A DNA stretch of 64,000 nt from Candidatus Latescibacterota bacterium (GTDB lineage Bacteria; Latescibacterota; UBA2968; UBA8231). Below are positions 10,404 to 19,590 of this stretch, in pieces. The notes under the pieces were generated by a model that made no database searches, was not told the origin of the DNA, and saw only the letters and a program-made list of their open reading frames with translations. The stretch spans positions 576,001 through 640,000 of the forward strand of contig CBDETK010000013.1 of NCBI GenBank assembly GCA_965242865.1, given 5' to 3'. Position numbers and translations under genes: made by a program. Every line of letters starts with the position of its first letter. The stretch's first letter is position 1.

Positions 10404-10468
10404 GAAGGTCGGCGGATTAGGAAGGTCGGCGGTCTGAAAACCCATCTCGAGGCCGTCTGAAAACCCAT
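10400..10468. repeat. Short tandem duplications (TTAGGAAGGTCGGCGG x2; GTCTGAAAACCCAT x2)
   Basis: Read directly from the sequence. Confidence 0.85.
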
Positions 10469-10475
10469 TTGGGTC

Positions 10476-10646
10476 GTTGGGGCCGGCCCCCGTGCCGGCC
10501 CCCTAAAAATCAGGAGAATCAGGAGAATACAAGGTTGGGGCCGGCCCCCGTGCCGGCCCTCATCATTCTAAAGAATCAGGAGAATACGAGGTTGGGGCCG
10601 GCCCCCGTGCCGGCCCTCACATTCTTAAAGAATCAGGAGAATACGA
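10476..10646 (+). repeat. Three ~57-58 bp tandem units, each a REP-like hairpin (GTTG-GGGCCGGC-CCCCGT-GCCGGCCC) plus AATCAGGAGAATAC
   Basis: Units start at 10476, 10534 and 10591; 8-bp perfect stem. Confidence 0.9.
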
Positions 10647-12287
10647 ATGCATATAGGAATTTTACTGGTACTGGCATTGGTCTTATCGTCATGCACCCAA
10701 ACCGAGCGGCCAGTCGCCAAAATCGACGAAGACCCCATCTCGGCAGAAAGCCTGCGAGCCTTTGTCGAAAAGCTGCCCCCGGGCCTGCGCCACCCCGAAG
10801 GCGGCCACGCGGCCCGGCGTCAATACGTGCAATCGCTCATCGACCGCCAACTGATCCTCAAAGAGGCCGTCGCCCACGAGCTGGACACCCTACAAGCGGT
10901 AAAACGCGCCGTAGATGAAGCCGTGGATGCGCGGGTCATCGCCCTCTATCGGGCGCGTCACATAACCGCTCAGGTGCAAGTGCCCGAAGCAGAGGTGCGG
11001 CGAGTCTTTGCCGAAGAGGGCTATGACCGCGAGCGTAAGCTCAACGCTATTTTGGTCCACACGCGCCCGGAAATCGAAGCGGCCGTGGCCGCCCTCGAAG
11101 CGGGTCAGCCCTTTGCCGAGGTGGCCCGCGCCCACTCGCTCGACAAACGCTCGGCCGAACGGGGCGGCGAGTTGGGCTTTATTGGCCGCGAGGCCGCGCC
11201 CAGTTTGCACATCCCAGCCGAGGTTTTTAAGACCCTGCCCTTGGGGGAAATATCCGCGCCCCTGCGCGCCGGCCGCAGTTGGCACATCGTCCGCTTCAGC
11301 GAAGACCGCGACGCGCCCTACGAGCGCTACCGGCCCCTCATCGAGGAGCAGCTCTTCCGCGAGCGGTTGGCCCAAGTGGAGGCCGAGCACTTTGAGTCGC
11401 TCGGCGCAGCGGCCGGGGCGGCCCTCAATCGCGACGGACTCCAGCTCATGCTCGGCGCGGCCCAGCGCGAGGACACCAGCCTGCTCGATACGTGCGCCAC
11501 GCCCCTGTACACCTTTACTGAAGGGCAAGCCACGGTCGCGGCGGCGTACAAGGCCCTGCGGCGGCTCAATGCCCAGCGCAGCCTCAAAGACAGTGCGCGC
11601 ACGCGCACCGCACTCGACCGGCTGGTGCTGCGGCCCCTCCTCCAACGACGTGCGGCCCGCGAACAGGGCCTGTACGACGACCCGGACGTCCAGCGACTGG
11701 CCACGAGAGCCTATCAAAACGCGCTGCTCAATGCGGTGCGCCACCGCTTCGCAGCCGTCGAAATGCTGTCCGACGCCGAGGTGTGGTCATACTACGACAG
11801 CCATCCCGACCTGTTTTACCACGAAGAGTCCGTTGAGGTCGAAGAGCTGCTCGCGTCCAGCCCGGCCGAGGCCCAGTGGCTCGCCGACCAACTCGCGGCC
11901 GGTGCGCGCTTTGCCGAGCTCGCGGACCGCAGCGTACGCGCCCAAGCGGCCCAGTCGCAAGCGCGCTTCCACTTCCATCCACGCGACGAAAAGCTCTATC
12001 CGCGCCTCGTCCCGGCCATCGCGGCCGCGCAACCGGGCCAGCTCGTCGGGCCGGTTCGGGTGCGCGACGGGTACTCGGTTTTCCGCGTCCAAGGGCGCAA
12101 TCCCGGCCGGGTCGAGCCGTATGAACAGGTCCAGCGCCGCGCCCGCGCCCTGTTGCGCCGCGAGCGGGAAAATGCGGCCTTCACCGCTTTCGTCAAAGAC
12201 CTGCGCCAGCGCTATCAGAGACGGGTCGAGATCGACGAGCAAGCGCTCAAAGCGGCCCTACCGGACTCGCTGGTCCAAGGCACTTGA
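10647..12287 (+). CDS. Lipoprotein peptidyl-prolyl isomerase with two parvulin/PpiC domains (PrsA/SurA-like)
   Basis: Lipobox LSSC; FAEVARAHSLD..SAERGGELGF; GEISAPL..WHIV; second degenerate parvulin domain. Confidence 0.85.
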   Translation: MHIGILLVLALVLSSCTQTERPVAKIDEDPISAESLRAFVEKLPPGLRHPEGGHAARRQYVQSLIDRQLILKEAVAHELDTLQAVKRAVDEAVDARVIALYRARHITAQVQVPEAEVRRVFAEEGYDRERKLNAILVHTRPEIEAAVAALEAGQPFAEVARAHSLDKRSAERGGELGFIGREAAPSLHIPAEVFKTLPLGEISAPLRAGRSWHIVRFSEDRDAPYERYRPLIEEQLFRERLAQVEAEHFESLGAAAGAALNRDGLQLMLGAAQREDTSLLDTCATPLYTFTEGQATVAAAYKALRRLNAQRSLKDSARTRTALDRLVLRPLLQRRAAREQGLYDDPDVQRLATRAYQNALLNAVRHRFAAVEMLSDAEVWSYYDSHPDLFYHEESVEVEELLASSPAEAQWLADQLAAGARFAELADRSVRAQAAQSQARFHFHPRDEKLYPRLVPAIAAAQPGQLVGPVRVRDGYSVFRVQGRNPGRVEPYEQVQRRARALLRRERENAAFTAFVKDLRQRYQRRVEIDEQALKAALPDSLVQGT

Positions 12288-12290
12288 GCG

Positions 12291-13739
12291 ATGCCTGTGC
12301 GCCTGTTGCTGATGTTGGGGGCACTCGCCTGCGCCGACCCACCCGATCCGCAGGACGCGCCGCGCCGAGAGGAAGCCCGCCGTTTGCTCCAGCGCGGTAC
12401 GCTCTTTTTGCAACAGGAGCGGCCGGCCCGGGCCCTAGCGGTGCTCGCGCAGGCCGTGGCACTCGATTCTGCGTCGAGCACCGCCCAGTTTCAAAAGGGC
12501 CTAGCCCACGCGCGGCTCGACCAGCCCACGCGCGCGATTGAGGCTTTCAGCCGCGCCTTGGCCCTCGCGCCCGACCAGCCCCGCGCTCACTTTGCCCTCG
12601 CCGCGGTGCTGCGCGACCAGCATCGCTATCTAGAGGCCGCGGCCCAGCTAGAGCAGGCCATGGCCCTCGCGCCCGACCGCGCCAAATATCACTTCTATCT
12701 GGGCGAGGTGCGGCGCGCCACCGGCGATTTTGCCGGGGCCCTCGCGGCCTTCAACCGCACCTTGGAGCTCGCACCCGACCACCTCGCGGCCCGCTACTAC
12801 CACAGCGACCTCCTCATGCGCGATCAGCAATTAGCCCGGGCGCGCACCGGGTTTGTCGAGCTGCTCGCCCGCGACCCGGATCACGTCCAAGGCGGCCTCG
12901 GCTTGGGCGGCCTGCTCATCCGCCTCGGGGAACCCGAAGCAGCCATTCCCGTGCTCCAGCGCGCCGCGGTGGCCGCCCCGCACAATCCCGCTCCCCACTA
13001 CCTACTGGCCCAAGCCTACGCCGCGGGTGCCCGGCCGGACGACGCCCGCAACGCGCAGGGCCGCTTCCAGCGGTTGGGCGCGGCCGAGCGCCACCTCAAT
13101 CAAGGCAACATTTACATCCGCCAAGGCGCGTGGGACAAGGCGATTGACTCCCTAAAGCGCGCCTTGGCCAACGACTCTACCTCGGTAGAAATTCGCCTGC
13201 GCCTCGCCACCGTGTACGCGCAGCAACAGCGCTTTGCCGACGCCCGCGCCGCGCTGGAGCAAGTCCTCGCCCGCGACCCCGATCACCGCGACGCCGGCCT
13301 CATGTTGGGCGACCTGTACCTGCACGAGGGCGCGCTAGAGGAAGCCTCCGCGCACTTTGGCCGCGCCTTGGCGCTCGATCCTCACTCCTTTGCCGCGGCG
13401 TATGGCTTGGGCCGGACGCGCTTCAAACGCGGCGATTTTGCCGGAGCTGTCGCTGTGTTGCGCCGAGCACTCGCCCGCAATCCCGACCACCGCGACGCCC
13501 ACTACGTCCTCGGGCTGGCTTACGTGCGCCAAGCGCGCTACCGCGACGCCCGCGCCCAGTTCGCCCGCAGCATTGCCCTCGACCCAGACCACGCGGAATC
13601 GCACTACGGGTTGGCGCTGATCTTCGTGCAGCAAGGGCAGCGGGAACGAGCGCGGCACGCCTTGCAACAGGTGCTCGCCCTCGCCCCGGATCACCAACGC
13701 GCCCGGGCCAAGCTGGGCGAACTGGACCCAGGGCCGTGA
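12291..13739 (+). CDS. Tetratricopeptide-repeat protein, probable lipoprotein
   Basis: About a dozen TPR motifs (ALALAPD..A); ALAC signal. Confidence 0.9.
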   Translation: MPVRLLLMLGALACADPPDPQDAPRREEARRLLQRGTLFLQQERPARALAVLAQAVALDSASSTAQFQKGLAHARLDQPTRAIEAFSRALALAPDQPRAHFALAAVLRDQHRYLEAAAQLEQAMALAPDRAKYHFYLGEVRRATGDFAGALAAFNRTLELAPDHLAARYYHSDLLMRDQQLARARTGFVELLARDPDHVQGGLGLGGLLIRLGEPEAAIPVLQRAAVAAPHNPAPHYLLAQAYAAGARPDDARNAQGRFQRLGAAERHLNQGNIYIRQGAWDKAIDSLKRALANDSTSVEIRLRLATVYAQQQRFADARAALEQVLARDPDHRDAGLMLGDLYLHEGALEEASAHFGRALALDPHSFAAAYGLGRTRFKRGDFAGAVAVLRRALARNPDHRDAHYVLGLAYVRQARYRDARAQFARSIALDPDHAESHYGLALIFVQQGQRERARHALQQVLALAPDHQRARAKLGELDPGP

Positions 13740-16015
13740 CGGGTCGCATCCGCGCCTTGTGCTTGGCCGGCCTTTGCTTCGGCTGCCAAGCTGCGCCCGA
13801 GGCCGAAAGCGACCGCGTCTATGCCGAGGCCCTGCGCCTGCTGCACCAAGGCCGGTTCGCCGCGGCCGCCGATCGCTTCGAGCACGTCGTCCGCTTGGCG
13901 CCCGACAGCGCGATTGCCCAGATCCGCCGCGGCGAAGCCCTGCTCCGCCAAGGCCGGTGGCAGAGCGCGGGCCGCTTGCTCGACGAGCTGCCGACGCCGG
14001 CGCGCCAGCGGCCCGAGGCCCGCCTCCTCGAAGCGCGGCTCCTCGCCTTTGGCGGTTTTGCCCGCGAAGCCGAGCTGGCCGTCAACGAGGTCCTCGACCA
14101 ATATCCCCACTCGCTCGACGGTCGCCTGCTGCTGGCCGAGCTATACCTACAGGCCGCCGCGACCATGAACCTAGAGCGCGCCACAGCCCTGTGCAGCCAA
14201 GCACTGGCCGCCCAACCCCAGCGCCGCGACGCGCATTACCTCTTAGTCCAAGCCACGCTGCGCCTCGGCCGCTTTCCCGCGGCCTTGGAGCGCAGCCGCT
14301 CGTTGCTCGACGCCTATCCAGACGACGGTCGCGCCTATCTCTTGGCCGGCACGGCCGCCTTCTGGGCCGGCGACGACCGCGCCCGGCCTTGGCTCGAAAG
14401 AGCGGTTGATTTGCTGGAATCGCTCGACCGGCTAGAGGCCCTGTGGCTGCTCAAACTGGCCCACGAGCGACAGGGGCCGGCTGCGTCAGCGCTGCGGCCG
14501 CGCCACCGCTTTCCCCTGCATCCCTCAGGGCCAGCCGCGACCGACGTGCGCTTTGTCGATGTGGCCGCTCGCGTGGGCGTGGCCAAAAAGGATCGCGGCC
14601 GCGGCAGCGCTTGGCTCGACTTTGACGGCGATGGCGACTTCGATCTGTTCAGCGTTGGCATCCAAGCCGAACACGCGCTGTACCGCAACGACCGTGGCCG
14701 ATTTCGCGAGGTGGCCCACGCGGCCGGGCTCGCCGATGCCCGCGGCGGTTGGGCGGCCGCGAGCGCGGACTTTGACAACGACGGGGACGACGATCTCTTT
14801 GTCAGCCGCGACGCTTGGGAGGGCCGCGCGCCCAACTCGCTGTACCGAAACGATGCGGGCGCATTCCGCGACGTGGGCTTGGCCGATTCCAGCGACAGCT
14901 TTACGGCCGCTTGGCTCGACTTCGACCGCGATGGATACCTCGATTTGTACGTGGCCAACGGCGTCACGGGTTCGGGCGCGCCAAACGCCCTCCTGCACAA
15001 CCAGCAAACCGGCGCGTTCCTCAACGTAGCCGCAGCGGCTGCGGTCGCCGATTCGGGCAAGACCATTGGCACGGCCGCGGGCGACTTTGACGGCGACGGC
15101 TGGACCGACTTGTACGCGGTCAACATCGGCCAACTCAACCGCCTCTATCGCAACCTCGGCGACGGCACCTTTGCCGACATAGCCGAGCGCGCTGGCGTCC
15201 TTTTTCCGGTGGAAGGCGGGTATGTGGCGTTCTCGTTTGACCTTGACAACGACGGGCATCTCGACCTATTTGCTTCCACTATGAGCGCCTTTCCCGATGT
15301 CCTCAACAGCATGGTCACCGGTGAGGCCATTGAGCCGAACCGGCCCTTTCTCTATCGCAACTTGGGCGACGGCACCTTTGCCGACATCACAGTCGCGGCC
15401 GGGCTCAACCGTTCGTTCGGCAGCATGGGCGCGGGGCTGGGCGATATAGACAACGACGGCTTCGTCGATATGTACCTCGCCAACGGCGGCCCGCAAATGG
15501 CCCGCCTCGAACCCAACGCGCTGTTCCGCAACTTGGGCGACGGCACCTTTGCCGACATTACGGCCGCAACCGGCACCGGCAGCCTCGGCAAGGGCCACGG
15601 GGCCACCTTTGCCGACTTTGATCGAGACGGCGACTTGGACCTCTACGCTGGCTTGGGAGGCCACTACGACGCCGACACGTGGGCCAACGCGCTCTATCGC
15701 AACGACGGCCCGGCGCGGCACTACCTAGCCATTGAGCTGGTGGGGACCGAGGCCAACCGCAGTGCCCTCGGCGTGCGCGTCGCAGCCTTTGCCGAGGGCC
15801 GCGCCATCCGCGCCCAGCGCCAGAGCGGCTTTGGCTTTGGCAGCAGCAATGAGCCGCTTTTGCACCTCGGGCTGGGGTCGGCTACCCGCGTCGATAGCCT
15901 GCACGTGCTGTGGCCCGGTCAGCCCCCTCAGCGCTTCTTTGACCTGCCCGTCAATAGCCACATCCGCATCGTCCAACGCGAGGCGCACTACCAAGTTGTC
16001 AGGAGGGCACCATGA
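13736..16015 (+). CDS. TPR + FG-GAP/VCBS repeats + ASPIC/UnbV domain protein (CRTAC1-like)
   Basis: Repeated DFDGDGDxDL and YRNLGDGTFADI; NRSALGVRV, LHLGLG..VDSLHVLWP. Confidence 0.9.
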   Translation: MTGRIRALCLAGLCFGCQAAPEAESDRVYAEALRLLHQGRFAAAADRFEHVVRLAPDSAIAQIRRGEALLRQGRWQSAGRLLDELPTPARQRPEARLLEARLLAFGGFAREAELAVNEVLDQYPHSLDGRLLLAELYLQAAATMNLERATALCSQALAAQPQRRDAHYLLVQATLRLGRFPAALERSRSLLDAYPDDGRAYLLAGTAAFWAGDDRARPWLERAVDLLESLDRLEALWLLKLAHERQGPAASALRPRHRFPLHPSGPAATDVRFVDVAARVGVAKKDRGRGSAWLDFDGDGDFDLFSVGIQAEHALYRNDRGRFREVAHAAGLADARGGWAAASADFDNDGDDDLFVSRDAWEGRAPNSLYRNDAGAFRDVGLADSSDSFTAAWLDFDRDGYLDLYVANGVTGSGAPNALLHNQQTGAFLNVAAAAAVADSGKTIGTAAGDFDGDGWTDLYAVNIGQLNRLYRNLGDGTFADIAERAGVLFPVEGGYVAFSFDLDNDGHLDLFASTMSAFPDVLNSMVTGEAIEPNRPFLYRNLGDGTFADITVAAGLNRSFGSMGAGLGDIDNDGFVDMYLANGGPQMARLEPNALFRNLGDGTFADITAATGTGSLGKGHGATFADFDRDGDLDLYAGLGGHYDADTWANALYRNDGPARHYLAIELVGTEANRSALGVRVAAFAEGRAIRAQRQSGFGFGSSNEPLLHLGLGSATRVDSLHVLWPGQPPQRFFDLPVNSHIRIVQREAHYQVVRRAP

Positions 16016-19002
16016 GGCTCTTAGCGTTGCTCGTCCTTTGCTCGGCGTCGCTGGCCACAGTCCAAGCCCAACAGGGCCACCGCGTCACCAGCCGCTCGGT
16101 AGAAGTCAACCGGGCCGCGCACTGGCGCAACTGGCAGTTGCCCACCCACGCGGTGAAGGTGTCGCCAGCGGGCGTGGTTGAGCCGCACTTTTTCCGCGCC
16201 CGCTTCAACCTGCTCGACGATCTAGCGACCTTTACCCGCCCCATCCCGGATCTGCGCCGCCGCCGCAATCAGACCGCCATCCTCAACATCGACAGCACCC
16301 GAACCCGCGACGTAAAAGGCGAGATCATCCTCGACCGCAAGGGCAACCCCATCTACTCCTACTTCTTTCGCCCGGGCATCAGTCGCGTCGGCTCAAACTC
16401 AGCCGCGGCCGCCCACATCCTCGACGCGGACCCAACCACCTTTTGGGAGCCCGACCCGCAGGCCCCGCTCGACGACTGGTGGATCGAACTGGACTTGGGC
16501 CGCGTGGTGGCCGTCGATTCCCTCGTCCTCCACTTTGTCGAGGAAGAGTTGGGCGACCCCTTCTTCCAGTTCCGAGTCCTCGCCGCGCCCGACCAAGAGC
16601 CGGTGTGGGAAAACGCCGACAAAATCACCTTTGAGCGAATCGCCCACACCAAGGCCCCCAACCGCGACCAACGCACCTTTCGCATCGGCCTCGAACAACT
16701 CGACGCCGACCCGGATTGGCGCGGCAAAATGGTGCAGACCATCCGCATCGTAGTCAGCGATACCCGCGGCGAGCGCGGCGAGCGGCTCAGCGAAGCGGAA
16801 TGGCAGGCCCTGCCCGCGGACGAGCGCGGGGCGATCGTCTATTTCATTCGCGACGAACAGGGCTTTGAAGAGCCGGTCGAGCGCGCGGTTTATGAAAGCC
16901 TCGATGCCCCGCGCCAAGGCCGCCTCGATTACTACCGGCGCGAGCGGCCGCGCCTCGCCGGAATCGAGGTGCATGGGTTTGGCGACAACATCAGCAGCGG
17001 CTTGGTGGCCGGCGGCGGCCAGCTCGACCTGACCGGCGACGGCTTTTTGCCGGGGCCGGCTTTTGACGCGGATTTCAACACCAGCTTCCTGCACCTCGTG
17101 TGGTCGCCGACCATTGACCGCGGCGTGCTCACCGTTGACTTGGGCGCGTCGTTTTGGCTCGACGCCATGCGGATTTCCTCGGCCCGGCCCCAGCCTTTTA
17201 TCGACGGCTACCTGATCCGCGGCTCCGACGGCTCGCGCGACACCCGCGGCAAAATCAAGTGGGCGCGGCTAAGCCCCCGCTTTCGCGAGGACAACAGCAC
17301 CGATCGCTTTGAGCACATCGTCGATACCTACCCCCACAGCCCCAAGCTCCGCTTCCTCGAAGTGAGCATCGTCTCGTCGGACCCGCGCCGCCGAGGGGGC
17401 TACAACACCGGGCCGACCATTGCCGAGTACCAGCTTTTTTCCACCGGCTACCCCGCGCAAGTCGCGCTGACTTCCGACCTGATCGCGCTGCCTGGGGCGC
17501 GCAACTTTGGGGCCATCACTTGGGAAGCCGAGACGCCCCCGGGCACGACCGTCGCCGTCCGCACCCGCACCGGCGACTTGCTGGGCAAGGTCATCCGCTA
17601 CTTCGACAAAACGGGCAACGAAATCGCCTACGATGCGTGGAAAAACCTCTTGGGCAGCTTCAAGGGGCCAGCCGACACCTCCTTCGTCCCCACCAGCGGC
17701 TGGAGCCCGTGGAGCCGCGCCTATCAGCAGCCCGGCGACATGGTCACCTCCCCCGGCCTACGCAAGTTCATGCAGTTCCAAGTCGAGATGATCACCACCG
17801 ACCGCACGGTCGCCTCGTCAATCCGCTCCCTCGCCGTCGAGCTCCTCCACCCCGTAGCCCAACGCATCACCGCCGAGTTGTGGCCGCCCTCCGTGGCGGC
17901 CTCCGGGGTGCGGGAAACCTTTGACGTCTTCGCCCAGCCCACTTTCATCGAGTCGCCAGCGCGCTCGCGCAGCACGGGCTTCAACGAAATCCTGCTGACC
18001 ATGCCGGCCTCGGACCAGCTCGAACTCGTGGAGCTGGGCATTGCCGGCCCGGCCGGCGAACGAGTCTTTCGCCCCGCCGCCGCCGACTCAGCGCGAATCG
18101 CGCTGTTGGCCAATGGCGGCGACTCGATCTGGGTGCGCCTAGACGACGCGCTCAACATCCTGCCAGCGGCCCGCCGCACGTACCATCGCATTGCCCTCGA
18201 AGGCGAAGAGGTGCCGGTTACGCAAGGCGGCTTGCCGCTTACGGGCGCGGCCTATGGCACCCTCGACCAAGACGAGCGCGGCGCCATCCGCTACTTCCGC
18301 CGCACCGGCGACCGGCTCAGCGAAATCGACCAAACTAGCTACCAGAGCCTGCCCAGCGCGGAGCAAGGCCCGATCCGCTACTTCCGCATTCTGCGCGGCG
18401 ACGGCGCCCAGTTCCCCTTTAACGCGCTCGGCGACTCGCTCGACTTGGTCGCGTACAATCGCCTTTCCGCGCCCCAGCGCGGCCTAGTCGCCGGCCCGGG
18501 TCCGCGCCTGCGCGTGCGTCTGTCCGCCCCGGTCTTTCTCAACGGCACGACCTTGCGCCTGTTCGTGCGCCACGCGGCCACCGCCAGCGCCGACGCTGCG
18601 TGGCAGGCCGTTGAAGCGGGCAACGCGGCCGACAGCGTCGCCAGCAACACGCTTTCGATCAACGTCCCCATCGACGGCGAGCTCGTTCAGGGCCTCGCCG
18701 TCGGTCCCAACCCGTTTACGCCCAACGGCGACGGGATCAACGACGCGGCTGAAATCTCGCTGGAGATCTTCAAGCTCACGTCGAGTCGCCGCCTCCAAGT
18801 GCGCATGTACGCGCTCGATGGGCGGCGGGTTTGGCAGCGCGAGGAAATGGTGTTGAGCGGCCGCACCGCAGTGCGTTGGGACGGCAGCGATGACCGGGGC
18901 CGCCGAGTGCCGCCCGGGCTGTATCTGTGCCAAGTCCAGCTCGAGGCCGACGCCACTGGCTTCCCGACGAGCCAAGCGCGGGTTATCGCCGTGGCCTACT
19001 GA
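16012..19002 (+). CDS. Large secreted protein with discoidin-like segments and C-terminal FlgD-Ig/CHU_C-type domain
   Basis: Signal peptide; LDADPTTFW..WIELDLG; PNPFTPNGDGIND..WDGSDDRGRRVPPGLY. Confidence 0.75.
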   Translation: MRLLALLVLCSASLATVQAQQGHRVTSRSVEVNRAAHWRNWQLPTHAVKVSPAGVVEPHFFRARFNLLDDLATFTRPIPDLRRRRNQTAILNIDSTRTRDVKGEIILDRKGNPIYSYFFRPGISRVGSNSAAAAHILDADPTTFWEPDPQAPLDDWWIELDLGRVVAVDSLVLHFVEEELGDPFFQFRVLAAPDQEPVWENADKITFERIAHTKAPNRDQRTFRIGLEQLDADPDWRGKMVQTIRIVVSDTRGERGERLSEAEWQALPADERGAIVYFIRDEQGFEEPVERAVYESLDAPRQGRLDYYRRERPRLAGIEVHGFGDNISSGLVAGGGQLDLTGDGFLPGPAFDADFNTSFLHLVWSPTIDRGVLTVDLGASFWLDAMRISSARPQPFIDGYLIRGSDGSRDTRGKIKWARLSPRFREDNSTDRFEHIVDTYPHSPKLRFLEVSIVSSDPRRRGGYNTGPTIAEYQLFSTGYPAQVALTSDLIALPGARNFGAITWEAETPPGTTVAVRTRTGDLLGKVIRYFDKTGNEIAYDAWKNLLGSFKGPADTSFVPTSGWSPWSRAYQQPGDMVTSPGLRKFMQFQVEMITTDRTVASSIRSLAVELLHPVAQRITAELWPPSVAASGVRETFDVFAQPTFIESPARSRSTGFNEILLTMPASDQLELVELGIAGPAGERVFRPAAADSARIALLANGGDSIWVRLDDALNILPAARRTYHRIALEGEEVPVTQGGLPLTGAAYGTLDQDERGAIRYFRRTGDRLSEIDQTSYQSLPSAEQGPIRYFRILRGDGAQFPFNALGDSLDLVAYNRLSAPQRGLVAGPGPRLRVRLSAPVFLNGTTLRLFVRHAATASADAAWQAVEAGNAADSVASNTLSINVPIDGELVQGLAVGPNPFTPNGDGINDAAEISLEIFKLTSSRRLQVRMYALDGRRVWQREEMVLSGRTAVRWDGSDDRGRRVPPGLYLCQVQLEADATGFPTSQARVIAVAY

Positions 19003-19124
19003 TCGAGGAGGAGGAGCTTGCGACGATCACAATCGGTCCTGCATACTAGTTAGGTGGTAACGGTCAATCCGGCCCACGCTTCTTGGCTGTATCCTCACTG
19101 TGAGCATAGCGGGAAGTTATATAC

Positions 19125-19153
19125 TTGATACCGGAAATTAGGGCCGTTATAAT
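19125..19153 (+). promoter_or_regulatory. Sigma70-type promoter TTGATA-17 bp-TATAAT with CCGG in the spacer
   Basis: -35 at 19125-19130, -10 at 19148-19153; SD GGAGG before ATG 19179/19182. Confidence 0.75.
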
Positions 19154-19178
19154 ATGCTAACCATCTAACGGAGGATGA

Positions 19179-19590
19179 ATGATGACACAACCTATCGTCA
19201 GCAACTACGACCTGTTCCGCTTGTTTTCTGGCGAAGACGAGGAGTCAGCACGCACCCGGTTGGAATCCGTGCGTTGGGGCGGCCATATAATTTGTCCCCA
19301 TTGCGGCAGCCACAACATCTATACTAGAACTGGCAAGCGTACGGGGATCCATGACTGCCGCGATTGCCTCTCGTACTTCAGCGTCCGGACGGGGACGGTC
19401 TTTGAGAACTCACGCATTGCGTTGCGGGATTGGATTCACGCAATTTATCTACTGATGACGGCACACAAGGACATAAGCAGCATCCAGTTGTCAAAGGAGA
19501 TGGGCGTAACTCAGAAAACGGGATGGCTTATACTGCACAGACTGCATACCGCTTGCGGGGGGAATATGGAAGCCCTGCGTGGAATGGTTG
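19179..19590 (+). mobile_element. IS1595-family transposase N-terminus (Zn ribbon + HTH), DDE domain missing
   Basis: RWGG..CPHCG..CRDC..FSVRTGTVFENSRI..ISSIQLSKEMGVTQKTGW; ends at LRGMV just before the usual EIDE motif. Confidence 0.85.

Noticed and set aside
10452-10461. GCCGTCTGAA, the Neisseria DNA-uptake sequence, or an IS-end-like motif
   Set aside because: Only one occurrence noticed, with no transposase or partner end
10476-10646. CRISPR-like array (26-bp palindromic repeat, ~31-bp gaps)
   Set aside because: The spacers are near-copies of each other and no cas genes are present; it is a tandem REP-like repeat
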